Shown here: positions 50,798 through 62,286 of the stretch, piece by piece | How positions within the stretch are numbered: the stretch's first letter is position 1 | Layout of the letters: each line of letters starts with the position of its first letter | Source of the DNA: a bacterium | GTDB lineage: Bacteria > Zhuqueibacterota > Zhuqueibacteria > Residuimicrobiales > Krinioviventaceae | Direction of reading: 5' to 3' | Assembly: GCA_963674595.2 (NCBI GenBank) | Contig: CAXXFV010000014.1 | Span: 107,502 to 171,501 of the forward strand | Length of the DNA: 64,000 bases | The notes under the pieces: generated by a model | Databases searched by the model: none | What the model was told of the DNA's origin: nothing | What the model saw: only the letters and a program-made list of their open reading frames with translations | Made by a program: the position numbers and the translations under genes

Positions 50798-51895
50798 CTA
50801 GTTTTGTTTATTTTTTGTACCAACATACATTAAAATTGTGATAATTACATATAATAACACGGTTTGTATTAAAATAGTGATGCTGCCGGCTACATTAAGA
50901 TAAGGTAAAAGAGAAGCTGCCAAACCAAAGGTAAAACAAAGAGCATATATAAAAATAACAGCCTGTATTTTAGTCATGCCAAGATTAACAAGCCTGTGTG
51001 AAAAATGACTGTGGTCACCAACATATACAGGACGTTTTTCACGGATTCGGATAATTATAACCGATATAAGATCATAAATCGGAACACTTAGAACAATGAC
51101 AGGCAACACAACCGGCAGTAATGACGAACTGGTTTTTACAACATAGGAACTGGTCAACGAAAGTGATCCCAGCATAAAACCGATAAACAGGCTTCCCGTA
51201 TCTCCCATAAACACTTTGGCAGGAGCAAAATTGTATTTTAAAAACCCGACGATTGATCCCAATAAAGCGGCAAAAAGTAATGCGGAGAAAAACTGTGATT
51301 GGCTGGCTGTAACCCATAGAAACACGGCACTAAAAATCGCGGCAATTCCGGCAGAAAGGCCGTCCATATTGTCTAAAAAATTAAAGGCATTACAAATTGC
51401 AACAATCCAAATTACAGAAACCAGAATATTTAAAAATTCAAAGGGCATAAAATCTGTTGAGGCCCCGTTCATTGCGGCAATCACCGCTGCGACAATTTGG
51501 ACGATAAATTTGATTTTTGGGGAAAAATCCAATCCTTTGACATCATCCACCAAACCAATGGCTACCAACAGTGTTCCGCCTGTCAAAATAAACAATAATT
51601 TGGGAAGTGCTTTATGGAAAAGAGGTAACTGGTCCGGCAGAAAAGGAAAAAACTCCTGAACCTTGCCGATATGCGGCACAGCTTTTAATAAAATAATTCC
51701 AATGACGACCGTTACAATAAAACCCAGATAAATTCCCATGCCGCCTAACAATGGCGTCGCTTTGCCATGGTCTTTTCTTCCTATTGGATGATCTTGAATG
51801 TCATACTTGACAGCAGCTTTGATGGCGATAGACACAAAAACAAGCGAAGCCAACAAAGCTGAAATAAATACAGAAAAGTATATTAATATCCTCAT
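50798..51895 (-). CDS. wecA: WecA/TagO (MraY-family) undecaprenyl-phosphate sugar-1-P transferase
   Basis: P.GRK.H...TP.LGG, GLVDD, NAFNFLDNMDGL, NF.PAKVFMGD.GS, GDHSH.SHRL. Confidence 0.9.
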   Translation of the reverse strand: MRILIYFSVFISALLASLVFVSIAIKAAVKYDIQDHPIGRKDHGKATPLLGGMGIYLGFIVTVVIGIILLKAVPHIGKVQEFFPFLPDQLPLFHKALPKLLFILTGGTLLVAIGLVDDVKGLDFSPKIKFIVQIVAAVIAAMNGASTDFMPFEFLNILVSVIWIVAICNAFNFLDNMDGLSAGIAAIFSAVFLWVTASQSQFFSALLFAALLGSIVGFLKYNFAPAKVFMGDTGSLFIGFMLGSLSLTSSYVVKTSSSLLPVVLPVIVLSVPIYDLISVIIIRIREKRPVYVGDHSHFSHRLVNLGMTKIQAVIFIYALCFTFGLAASLLPYLNVAGSITILIQTVLLYVIITILMYVGTKNKQN

Positions 51896-54192
51896 AAAAT
51901 ACCTTTATCCTTTAACAAACTTTGGTATAATAATTTAATGTCCTTAACAAGACGTTCCGTACAATAAAAGTCTCGTACTCTGTTTCTTCCATGTTCTCCA
52001 AACTCTTTTCGTAATTTATCATCCTCGATTAATAATGTTAATTTTAAAGCAAATTCATCACAATCATTGGATGGAACAACAAAACCATTTTCACCATTTT
52101 GAATGACATCAGACACCCCGCCGACATCGGTGGAAATAACCGGTTTACCTGCGGCCATGGCTTCTATAATCGATACCGGGGTGCCTTCATTTAATGACGT
52201 CAAAGCGACGATGTCACTAATTTTGTATATTTCATCGACGTCCTTTTCCCAACCGGTAAAAATTATAAAATTTTCAAGCCCAAGTTCCTTAACTCTATTT
52301 TGTAACGGTTCAAACAATTCTCCATCACCGACAACAAGAAACTTGACAGGTATTGATTTTGTTTTAACAATTTTCGCAACAACATTAATAAACAAATCGT
52401 GGTTTTTTATTGGTACCAATCGACCGACAATACTTACAACAATTTCATCGTGTTCGAGCCCGTATTTAACTCTTAAAGATTTATCTGTTTTCACCTCTAA
52501 AAACTTGTTCAAATCCAGTCCCAACGGAACGACAACAAATTTATTAAATGGTGCGATGCGATATTTTTCCGACAAATCCTTTCTTTGGCTCTTGCTTATG
52601 GAAATAATCCGTGTGCTTGACCGGGCTAAAATACGTTCAATAAAAATAAAAATATTAGTAACCAAAGGTGAAAAATATCCATCAAAAACATGTCCATGAA
52701 ATGTATGAATACGAACCGGCACCGCACACAAAAATGCAGCTATTCGCCCCAAGGTTCCTGCCTTTGCCGTATGCGTGTGAACAATATCAGGATTAAAATC
52801 TTTAATTATTTTAATTAATTTATACAGTGCAATAAAATCATCCCACCAATGGATTTCTCTTCCCATTTCCGTAACAATGGTCGGCGTTACCTTCCACTTT
52901 TCAGCTAAATAGGACATATCGCCTTCATTTTTTCCAACTTGCCCAACAACCAACTTTGATTGAAATTCATCAGAATTGAGTTCAGAAGTGAGTCTAATGG
53001 CCTGGATCGCAGGACCGCCGATATTTAATCGCGCTATAATCCTGAGGATTTTAACAGGCCGGGAATTTATTTCAGTTTTAGGACACAAGGCCGTATAAAT
53101 TTCAGTCGTACTTTTAACCATTTTAGGTAAAGTGAAATTTTCAAATACTTTATTTTTTGCATTACTACCAAGAAAAGCCCGTTTTTCCGGATCATTCATC
53201 AGGTCAATTATAGAATCAGCAATACTCTGCGGCGATTTTGGCTTTATCAAAACTCCGCTTACTCCGTTTTCAATTAACTCAGGAATACCACCTACATCTG
53301 AAGCAACAATCGCCAAACCATTTGCCATGGCCTCCATAACTGAACCAGGTAAACCTTCCCATTCGGAGGGAAATAAAAATAAATCAGCTTTTTGGTAAAA
53401 AGAAACCAAATCTTTTCTAAAACCACAAAAATCTATATAATCTCGTACATTTTGCTCACAGGCAAGCGCTTCAATAGCACCATTTGATCTGTCTTGTCCC
53501 ACAAAAACAAACCGTATATTATCGATACCTTTTTGTTTTAGAATCGATGCAGCTTTAATGATCTCTTTATGCCCCTTCATAGACCTCAGGTTTGCCACTG
53601 TGAGCACCGAAAATTCCTGGGTATTTTTTTCATAGTGTTGTTCATTTTCCTGCGGAATATATTGTGAAAAGTCCATTCCATTGTGTATGACGGTTATTTT
53701 ATCAGCCGGAATTCCATCACGGTGAATAGCCGCCTCTTTACCGGCATAGGAATTGGATATCCATAAATCAGCTTGAGACATAGCAAACCGCCTAAAAAAT
53801 ATTCGCATTTTTGAACTGGGGCCTCCAACACTATGTACTACGGAGACAAATCTTTTTGCACCGCACAATTTTGCAAGCGGACGGATAACAACATCGGCTG
53901 TCAGGCCGAAAACATGTACAATATCAATTTCATATTTTTTTATCAATCGTTTTAATCTAAAAGGTAAACCCCAAAATCGTTTTAAGCCAAGATCAAAAAA
54001 AGCAGTATCCAGTTCCTCCACTTTATTCTGCAGTTCCCCTCCGGAATACAAACAGGCGACGTAAACGTTAAATTTACTTCGATCATAGGCAGATAAAAAG
54101 TTAAGAAGCATTGTTTCAGTTCCACCGATATCACTGACTGTAACCACTTTAAGAATATTAATTTTTTTCTTTTTTACCATCATTTTCACCAA
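51892..54192 (-). CDS. Double GT4 glycosyltransferase (two complete GT-B units)
   Basis: Two EG.P....EAMA motifs; second unit starts ILRIIARLNIGGPA and contains HTHTAKAG. Confidence 0.9.
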   Translation of the reverse strand: MVKMMVKKKKINILKVVTVSDIGGTETMLLNFLSAYDRSKFNVYVACLYSGGELQNKVEELDTAFFDLGLKRFWGLPFRLKRLIKKYEIDIVHVFGLTADVVIRPLAKLCGAKRFVSVVHSVGGPSSKMRIFFRRFAMSQADLWISNSYAGKEAAIHRDGIPADKITVIHNGMDFSQYIPQENEQHYEKNTQEFSVLTVANLRSMKGHKEIIKAASILKQKGIDNIRFVFVGQDRSNGAIEALACEQNVRDYIDFCGFRKDLVSFYQKADLFLFPSEWEGLPGSVMEAMANGLAIVASDVGGIPELIENGVSGVLIKPKSPQSIADSIIDLMNDPEKRAFLGSNAKNKVFENFTLPKMVKSTTEIYTALCPKTEINSRPVKILRIIARLNIGGPAIQAIRLTSELNSDEFQSKLVVGQVGKNEGDMSYLAEKWKVTPTIVTEMGREIHWWDDFIALYKLIKIIKDFNPDIVHTHTAKAGTLGRIAAFLCAVPVRIHTFHGHVFDGYFSPLVTNIFIFIERILARSSTRIISISKSQRKDLSEKYRIAPFNKFVVVPLGLDLNKFLEVKTDKSLRVKYGLEHDEIVVSIVGRLVPIKNHDLFINVVAKIVKTKSIPVKFLVVGDGELFEPLQNRVKELGLENFIIFTGWEKDVDEIYKISDIVALTSLNEGTPVSIIEAMAAGKPVISTDVGGVSDVIQNGENGFVVPSNDCDEFALKLTLLIEDDKLRKEFGEHGRNRVRDFYCTERLVKDIKLLYQSLLKDKGIL

Positions 54193-54223
54193 TACATCTG
54201 TTTTAAATATTTATCCTGATTTG

Positions 54224-55294
54224 TTATTCAATAACTGTTTTTATCCATTTTTCAGCATACGCTTCCAAAACATATTGCTGTAAAACATTATCACGTCCGG
54301 CTGCGGCAATAATTTTTCGTTCATGAGGATGAGTTAATAGAAATTCAAGCTTTTCAACCCATTCCTGCTCGTTTGCAGCCAGCATACCGTTAATACCATC
54401 CTGAATAATTTCGGTATTTATACCAACCGGAGACGCTACGCAAGCAACATGAGCCCCCATATATTGCAATAGTTTAAATCCGGCCTTACCACGCGTCCAG
54501 GGATCATCCGTCAACGGCATAATACCAATATCAAAAGAAACCAGGTCGATTAATTGCTGTTCTTTTCTCCATTGTTTGCATTCAACAGTTACACCCACTA
54601 TTGATATATTTTCAGCACCGACTATTCGAAAGATAAAATCATATTTTTGTGCCAAATTTTTCAAAGCATTTTCAACAATTTTTAAATATTTTGCAGTCGA
54701 ACAACTTCCCATCCAGCCAATTACTGGTAATGTGTTGTCAGTTGCTCTTTGTGCTAATTCGGCAAAATCCGCCCTTAAAATAGTTGTCGGTATTATAAAT
54801 ACGTTATTATTATATTTTTTAGCATACTCTGCAAGGTATGAATTACTGACAATTACTTTATCACATAATTTTAAAATTCCGGCAATATTATTTTTATCAT
54901 GAAAAAAAGATTTAATTCTATTTTCAGGCGTTGCCCTCATATATATAGCATCATCAAAATCGAATATGACCTTTTTGGAAAAAGCACATATCAAAAGATC
55001 AATTAAAGGAAAAAGATACGGTAGTGTTTCTCTTTGTAGAAACACAACATCATAAAACGGTGCACAAAAAGCAGCCCTGGTACGATTTGCAGCCAAAGAT
55101 AAAAACCACAAAACTTTAATAAAAATTGAAGGTGATTTACTCATTTTTTTATCAAGAGATAAAGATACACCCGGAATTGTACGATATAAAATGTCTTGAT
55201 CTTTTAAAAACGGCAAATAGGTATAAAGACGTACTCGGCTGGAAGCACCATGATCAGACTGTTGGGGTAAAAAAAGTATCCTTTTCTTTTTCAT
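54224..55294 (-). CDS. GT4 glycosyltransferase
   Basis: SSRVR, FDFDDAIY, IGW.GS, DIGIMPL.D....GK.GFK.LQYM. Confidence 0.9.
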   Translation of the reverse strand: MKKKRILFLPQQSDHGASSRVRLYTYLPFLKDQDILYRTIPGVSLSLDKKMSKSPSIFIKVLWFLSLAANRTRAAFCAPFYDVVFLQRETLPYLFPLIDLLICAFSKKVIFDFDDAIYMRATPENRIKSFFHDKNNIAGILKLCDKVIVSNSYLAEYAKKYNNNVFIIPTTILRADFAELAQRATDNTLPVIGWMGSCSTAKYLKIVENALKNLAQKYDFIFRIVGAENISIVGVTVECKQWRKEQQLIDLVSFDIGIMPLTDDPWTRGKAGFKLLQYMGAHVACVASPVGINTEIIQDGINGMLAANEQEWVEKLEFLLTHPHERKIIAAAGRDNVLQQYVLEAYAEKWIKTVIE

Positions 55295-56227
55295 TTATTT
55301 ACATACTCGTGCTTGAACAATTATACTTCCGCTGGTACGAAAAATGGCTTCCATAAAAGAAAAAGGGAAAAAGAGAATAAAACTCGATTTTCGGCCTTTG
55401 TCTAAAAAAGCCTCAATTCTCTTGACAAACCTGTTATTTAAATTTCTACTTTTTATATAATTTTGTGTACTCTTAATATTGATTGATGGTACTTTTTGAT
55501 AATATACTTTTTCCATTTTAAAGCCGGCTTTTGCTAAAATTTTATCCAAAATATTCGCGTCAAAATGATAAAAATGTCTTGGAATATCATAAGCGGTCCA
55601 ATGCCTGCCGAATAACCTCCGGCCCAAACTGTTATGGTTTGGAATATTAAAAATAAACTGTCCTCCTGGTTTTAAAATTTTATTCACTTTTAAAAGTGCT
55701 TGTTGTGTATCTGATAAATGTTCCAAAACCATCATTGCCAGTACAAGATCATATGAATTTTCAGAAATATCGGCCGTATAAAAATCACCCTGCATAACGT
55801 CCAGATTCATCTGCTGACGAGCAAATTCAGCCGCCTTGGGATTTATTTCCAGGCCACTCACCTGCCATCCCAATTGCTGCAATTCCTTCAGCATCACACC
55901 TTTATGGCAACCGATTTCAAAAACTTTTTGGCCCTTTTGAAAAGGCGGAAAGATATAATGATACCTGTCACCAACTATTTTTCTCAATAATGCACCGGGG
56001 CCATTTTTCGGTAGCTGAAAGGCAACCTGGTCATAGGAAAAATAGGTGTCTGGATAAAACCGGGGGTAATCTTCCACATCAATCAATGGAAAAGTGATAT
56101 GGAGCCCGCATTTCCGGCATTGGAGAATGGAAAACAGGTCCGGTTCTTGGGTATGAGAATCGGTCGTAGTAAACAATTCCTTCCAATCATCACTCCCGCA
56201 AAAATTACACGTGTGTTGATAGACCAT
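55295..56227 (-). CDS. Class I SAM-dependent methyltransferase with N-terminal Zn-ribbon
   Basis: CNFC...CRKC, EIGC..G, VLEHL.D, LKPGG, PRHFYHF. Start placed after the AGGAG RBS. Confidence 0.88.
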   Translation of the reverse strand: MVYQHTCNFCGSDDWKELFTTTDSHTQEPDLFSILQCRKCGLHITFPLIDVEDYPRFYPDTYFSYDQVAFQLPKNGPGALLRKIVGDRYHYIFPPFQKGQKVFEIGCHKGVMLKELQQLGWQVSGLEINPKAAEFARQQMNLDVMQGDFYTADISENSYDLVLAMMVLEHLSDTQQALLKVNKILKPGGQFIFNIPNHNSLGRRLFGRHWTAYDIPRHFYHFDANILDKILAKAGFKMEKVYYQKVPSINIKSTQNYIKSRNLNNRFVKRIEAFLDKGRKSSFILFFPFSFMEAIFRTSGSIIVQARVCK

Positions 56228-57745
56228 TCTGTCTCCTGTTAAATAATCGACTCCAAGGTAAAAAATAAACAACATCCAGCTTGAATAAAAAACTCATTCC
56301 TATAAAAACACCCACAGTTAATATAATTTTCACAAAAAACACAACCAAATTTCCAGAAAACATATTAAATATATGTCCTATGATAATACTAACTACGGCC
56401 ACAACAAGAATTCGACCGTACTCTCGCAGCAACGGCTTGTACTCAATAAAAGGAATTGCCTGGCGTTTTAAAAATATAAACATGATGATAACATTAAGTC
56501 CATAATAGAGTGTTGAGGCCAGTGCTATACCTTTATAAGACAAAACCGAACTGAGAACAATTTTTAAAACGACTCCAATCAAAAACCCGATAACGCCGAT
56601 AATGGTCGGCGTTTTTGTATCAGGAACAGCGTAAAACAAATTCGCCAGAAAAGTACCCAATGCGCCAAAAATAAAAAATCCGCCAAGGTATCTGAGGACA
56701 TCGGCTACATTTTGACTGTCCTGTGCAGTAAAAGAACCGTATTGAAATACCACTTTTAAAAACTGTTCACCGAATGAAAATATTAAAATATAGATAAAAA
56801 CCGTCATAAAAAAAATACTGCTCAGCATTCGGGTAATTTAACTGCCTTAAACGCAGCCAATCTTTTTTTGCTATAATTGATGAAACAAGCGGAAAAGAGG
56901 CCAGAGACAATCCGCCAATACCAACAAGAAGCATAACATTCATTACTTTGGTTGCATAGCCTAATGCAGGAAATGGCGCCTGTTCCCAATGTTGAAGCAA
57001 TATTACGATCAACCAAAAAGACCGATTTGGTAATCAATCCACCAATTAATAGTGGAATCATCAATTTTAAATGTTTCTTAAAAAGTTCATGCCTGAGAAA
57101 TATATTAAATTTATAATGATTTTCTTTAACATAAACGCCAAATAAAACAGAAAACTGTAATAAAGTGTTCAGCGCTAATGAAAGTGGTATGGCAAAAACT
57201 CCAAGTGCAGATTGCATACTGAGGAAAAAACCGACACTCAGAACAGCCCCGGCAACAGGTAAAGCAGGCGCTAATAAAAAACGGTTTCGTGCAAAATAAA
57301 TACTGTTTAACAGGCTGGTTAAACTTTTAAATATCATCACCGGAAAATACAGCAGTAAAATTTTAGCTGTCAATGTGATCTGCGGGGCAGAAAAGCCGGG
57401 AAAAAACAAACTTTACAATCGGTTTTGCTGCGAAACCAATAAATACAGCCAGCCCCAAAAAAATGATAAAAAATCAAATTAAGCCATGTATTCATGAGGC
57501 GGAAAGCTTCATTCGGATTATCACTTTCAAGTTGGGCGACAAGTGATGGAATCAAATGCAAAATTAAATCCACCCATAATCACCGCCACTATTAATTCAG
57601 GAAATGTAATAGCAGCCAGGTAACAATCCATTTCAACGTTCGTGCCGAAACGACGTGCTAAAAGCATTTCAAACACAAACATTAAAATAATGTTGAAAAA
57701 CATAAAAAAACTGACAATCAGAGAAGATTTAAGTAAGCGTGACAA
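56205..57745 (-). pseudogene. murJ: MurJ/MviN-family flippase in ~5 frameshifted fragments (probably assembly errors)
   Basis: LA.RFG....D.Y.AA...P, FPGFS.....LT, VDR.IAS.LG.G, YA, FQYG.F...D, FYA..DTKTP, GIALA spread over shifting frames. Confidence 0.75.
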
Positions 57746-57765
57746 AATACTCCTTGAAACTGTTT

Positions 57766-58958
57766 TTAAACCATATTGGTAATTTTTTCACGATCAAAGA
57801 TATTTTGCATAGCTAACGAAAGGCCGATAATAAACCACATCAGAGTGACAGGTTCTGCGTCGCCAAAAGTCCAGTCAAAAAATCCGTTCACCCAAAAAGC
57901 GACAAGCGCAGCAAATATACCGGCATTTAGCGGCAGAAAACCAATACTCATTCTTGGGAATAAATCGAAAAGTATGATAAATAGATTGAAAAATTCTAAA
58001 AACCATATACATTGTAACTAAAAATCCAACAATACCAAAACAAACGAGGAACATGATATAGTTGTTATGAAAATGACCGATGGTATAAACATCATAGGTC
58101 AAATCGGCGCCTTCGGGAGCATATTGTCTGTTAATTTCTCCGAGGTCAACCCAGCCGACGCCCAAAACAGGATAATCTTTAAAAATTTTAACAGCGTTTT
58201 TCCATTGTTCAATCCGCACCTGGGTTGTTTGCAACCTTCAAGTCAGTAATACTGGTAATCCGTTTTTTAATAGAACTCGGTGAAAATATAAAAACAAGGA
58301 CCATAACAACAAGGAACCCGAAAAAAAGTTTTTTACTTTTAATCAATGCCAACACAACAACACCGGCAAAAAAACCGACCCATGATCCGCGAACATAGGA
58401 AAAAAGCATCCCCAGAAACTGCAGGGAAAAAGCGCCCAAATATAGCCATCGTTTCATACCGCTTTTGGCAAACATAAAAAGTCCGAGTGTAATAACGCTG
58501 AAAACAGCGGACATGGCACCCCAGGTCATTGTAATTCCCTGCAAGCCCTTGGTCCTCTCTCCGGTCCAAATTTCTGTGGTCAGCAGGCCAACGAGTGCGA
58601 TGACGGATGAAACAATGACAAACAGATCAACAATATTATTAACATGCTTTTTATCATTTACAAAAGTAACAATAAAATATACGACCATAATCAACATCAG
58701 GTTCTTCATGTTGATAAAACTTTTTCCCGGATCAATAGAAAAAGCCGTTGTTAACAAACACATTAAAACAAAAAGCAAAAAGGGTATATCCAAAGGGGTA
58801 CGACGGATATTCCATTTACGCTCCATAACAATTTTTAATATCCACACAAATGCTGCAATACCAAGTGTAATATGCGTTCCGGCAATGGTCCACAGCGAAA
58901 AAAACACAAACAAAAAAGTTAAATAATATAAAATTCTATCAATTTTGATTTTATTCAA
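57766..58958 (-). pseudogene. O-antigen ligase (WaaL/Wzy_C) family in 3 frameshifted fragments
   Basis: SYVRGSW.G, R..QW.......YPVLGVG, HFHNNYI..L...GIVG, NG.FD..F.D.E. Confidence 0.8.
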
Positions 58959-59018
58959 AACTCCTCCGCTTTCATTTTATCAAACTGAAAAATAGAGAAT
59001 TATGGGCAAAAAAACAAT

Positions 59019-60155
59019 TCAAATATTCAATGGCATTGAAATACATTGTTCGCCTAAACTGATTTTAAACATTTTTTTAAATTCACTATAAACCTGTTCA
59101 ACGGTGACAGAACCGGTTATATGATCCTCAGCCCGAACGGCAATAAATTGTTCACCTAAAGGTTTCCAAAATTTGGGATTTGTCGGGCCAAAAATCGCAA
59201 TCAAAGGCGTACCAACAGCAGCACAAAGATGCATGACCCCCGTATCATTACATAGAACGAAATCGCATAAAGAAAAGTGCATGGCCTGACGATAAAGAGA
59301 AGACGGCGGAACAAGTTTGCAGGACTTTAGATTATATTTTTCAAATGCTTCTTTTAACTCCCATTCTTTGGGGCCCCAAAACACCATTATCTGAGCCTTA
59401 TATTCACGGGATAGTTTTTCCGCCAGGTCAGCAAATTTTTCAATTTGCCATCGGTTTTCAAATTTATTGGCCCCAATATGCATTCCTACGGTTAACTTTT
59501 CATTTTGATAAATTCCGGAAAATTCCTGTCGTAATGCTGCAAGGTGTTCACAATTTAAATGCATTATCTCATTAACAGATTTAGATGAAATGCCTATGTA
59601 TTCCAAAATAGCCAAATTTTTATAGGTGATATGAACATCAAGATGGGCTGTCGGTGCAATCAGATTATAGAAAAAATTTCGTGTCGTTCCGGTGAACGGA
59701 CAGACATCGGAACCGAGAATATATTTTGCACCTGACAAAACAGCAACCAGGTCACTTGTAAACGAATGGCTGGCAGTATTAAAAACGATCGCCAGGTCAT
59801 ATCCTTTTCTTAGTTGTTTCCAAAAAGCGAGAGCACGTTTTACATTCCAGTTTTTTAATTTCTGATAAAAAACCAAAACTTGCAGATCGGGATTTTCTTT
59901 AACAACATCAACAAAATATTCCTTAACCACAATGGTGACTTTAGCTTTTGGGAAAGCATCTATAACAGCCTGAATAGCAGGGGTTGACAATACAAAGTCC
60001 CCTAGTTGATCATGGGGACGTACGATTAAAATTTGTCGAATTTTCTCTCTATCAAAATTTTCAGGGGAAATTTCTTTTTTGCTCCACAAAGCTTCCAATA
60101 TTTTATAACTGACATTTTTTAACTGACTTTCAATTCTTTTAAGTAACTCTTTCAT
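59019..60155 (-). CDS. GT9 (heptosyltransferase-family) glycosyltransferase
   Basis: ILIVR..QLGD.VL.TP, H.GA....RW, CNDTG.MH..AA.G.P..A.FGPT. Confidence 0.9.
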   Translation of the reverse strand: MKELLKRIESQLKNVSYKILEALWSKKEISPENFDREKIRQILIVRPHDQLGDFVLSTPAIQAVIDAFPKAKVTIVVKEYFVDVVKENPDLQVLVFYQKLKNWNVKRALAFWKQLRKGYDLAIVFNTASHSFTSDLVAVLSGAKYILGSDVCPFTGTTRNFFYNLIAPTAHLDVHITYKNLAILEYIGISSKSVNEIMHLNCEHLAALRQEFSGIYQNEKLTVGMHIGANKFENRWQIEKFADLAEKLSREYKAQIMVFWGPKEWELKEAFEKYNLKSCKLVPPSSLYRQAMHFSLCDFVLCNDTGVMHLCAAVGTPLIAIFGPTNPKFWKPLGEQFIAVRAEDHITGSVTVEQVYSEFKKMFKISLGEQCISMPLNI

Positions 60156-60180
60156 ATTCCTTTTATTTCAAATTTAATAA

Positions 60181-60510
60181 TTATTTTGCAGGTAAACTGT
60201 TAACAAAATCTTTGGCCTTTTCCAGCCAAATCCGTAATTCATTTTCATTCCCAATAGCTGATTGTTCCAACATAACCCATCCCTTCATTGGACGTCCGGT
60301 GATGTCAAATTCCCGAACACCCTTTTGCTTCAAAGCGGTTTGGGCTAGAGGTTCTCCCAATCGAAGTATTAAAAAATCTTTATAAACACCACAAAACATG
60401 TTGCCATTGAGCAAATGGCAAATCCCGCCAAACATCTTTTTTTTGTTTCTGTTTTGCCAGGAAAAAATTATTTCTTCGACTCTGGTGTCAATTTCATTGT
60501 TATATGGCAT
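60181..60510 (-). CDS. TfoX/Sxy N-terminal domain protein
   Basis: KKMFGG...L.NGNMFCGV, F..TGRPMKGWV, FV.SLP.K. Confidence 0.88.
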   Translation of the reverse strand: MPYNNEIDTRVEEIIFSWQNRNKKKMFGGICHLLNGNMFCGVYKDFLILRLGEPLAQTALKQKGVREFDITGRPMKGWVMLEQSAIGNENELRIWLEKAKDFVNSLPAK

Positions 60511-61028
60511 ATTAGACGACCCTTGTATTTTAAAATATAAAATAATATATATCTATTCACAATGCAATGCTTATTTGTTAACAAAGGCGATACAACCGGA
60601 CAACGATTAAATTACTTTCCCACAAAAATCTCACTGCTATAATTCAGGAATATTACAAATTAATTTAAAACAAATTCTGATTTTGAACGGTTATTTCTAC
60701 CAAAAAAGATAAAAAACGCCCTATTTTGCACTATTTTAACATAAAAAAGCACATTTAATGACATTAATTTTAAAAAAAGTTCAGTAAAAACTTGCGTTTA
60801 TTATTATAAATTATTAAATTACAAAATAGCGTTATAGTACACCGTTGTTTTGCTTTTTCAAATCCAAATGGATAGAGTATTCTGGAAAAAATAAAACAGA
60901 AACAAATTTAAAATGCAACTATAATGCAAAATAGCATGGTTGCATTTTTTTAGCGGCAAACCAAGTAGGATGTACAACAATTATCCGTCTAAGACGGAAG
61001 GATTCAAATTATGGAAAGGGAAAATTCC

Positions 61029-61229
61029 ATGACAGAAGGAACAGTTAAATGGTTCAACAAAGTTAAAGGTTTTGGTTTTATTGAACGACCAGATGGTGAT
61101 GACGTTTTTGTACATTATAAAGCAATCGTACAAGACGGTTACAAAGAGCTCAACGACGGTGATAAAGTACAATTCGAAGTACAAGAAACCCCAAAAGGGT
61201 TATCAGCTGTTAACGTAAGCCGAATCTAA
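61029..61229 (+). CDS. cspA: Cold-shock protein
   Basis: GTVKWFN..KGFGFI, DVFVHY.AI, G.K.L..G.KV.F. Confidence 0.95.
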   Translation: MTEGTVKWFNKVKGFGFIERPDGDDVFVHYKAIVQDGYKELNDGDKVQFEVQETPKGLSAVNVSRI

Positions 61230-61239
61230 GTACAACTTG

Positions 61240-61269
61240 ATCCCGATCTTTTAGATCGGGATTTTTTTT
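61240..61269 (+). terminator. Rho-independent terminator after csp
   Basis: ATCCCGATCT-loop-AGATCGGGAT + U-tract. Confidence 0.85.
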
Positions 61270-61294
61270 ATATAAAGAATCTCCCCCCTACAAT

Positions 61295-61323
61295 AAAAAA
61301 CCCGGAAAAAATCATTTCCGGGT
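61295..61323 (-). terminator. Terminator of the convergent OMP gene
   Basis: ACCCGGAAA..TTTCCGGGT stem with an A-tract. Confidence 0.7.
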
Positions 61324-61355
61324 CGTATCAAATTTAAATACTACTCTTTATTCTG

Positions 61356-62046
61356 CTAGTTTAATCGATAACTCAACGAACACATCAAACGAACGTCACG
61401 CGTTTTCTGCTCACCATCATCTTTATTCTCAAGTTGATTTGATAATCCATATAAATAGGCAGCAGAAATACCTGCATTAACTCTGCTATTTAATGGATAC
61501 ATAACCCCAAGCCCACCTTCCAAATCCATCTGTACAGATTTCATTTTATCTTTAATATTTTGGCTCCATTGTTGTCCATCATAATCAGCATCCATACGTT
61601 CATCTGCATCCAATAAAAAGCGAATATTAGGCCCTCCGAAAGCATAAGGGACTAACTTTTCAAGCTTGACACGATATGACAACAATAGCGGCACCTCAAG
61701 GTAAGACAATTCCTGTTCAATCCAAAATTTACCGTTTACTTGTCCGGTTTCTGATGTCCCGACCATATTTTCTGTTTTACCTCCTGATCGGGCATAACGA
61801 ATCCCTGTTTGAAATCCCCAATTATCAGCACGCAAGTAGGCCAAAGACAGCCCGGTGTATATTTCGTTAACGGTTTATCATAAGGCCCAGAAATTGGAAA
61901 TGTTGTTATCTGTTTGTAATCTGTCCGTAATTAAGGCCACCGGTTAATCCGGCATAAAAGACAGAACCGTTTTCATTAAAATCCATCTGTGCAAAAAGGA
62001 CATTATAAATGCCAAACAAACAAAAAATGAAAAAGTATTTTTTCAT
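61356..62046 (-). pseudogene. Outer-membrane beta-barrel (porin family/OMP_b-brl_2), frameshifted near 61850-61910
   Basis: Signal peptide MKKYFFIF.. from 62046 and G..GGLN; downstream frame has LSYLEVPLL, FGGP...L, YLYGL.N and a terminal LSY strand. Confidence 0.65.
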
Positions 62047-62286
62047 AACTGACCCTCTTGAATAAAATTTGAAAATTAGCGAATGATTTCAAATACAATC
62101 AATTATTTGAAATCCTGTTGTTTCTCTAAGTTTGGTGTTATTTTAAAACCTGAATAGAGAGCTACCCTAAAAAACACCAATATTTTTACAAAAACATTGT
62201 TGATCAACAATGTTATATAACGAACAGGATTCAGACAGGTTCCGAAAAAACTTTTTTTGAGCATATTATTTCCCCGGGAAGTTTGA

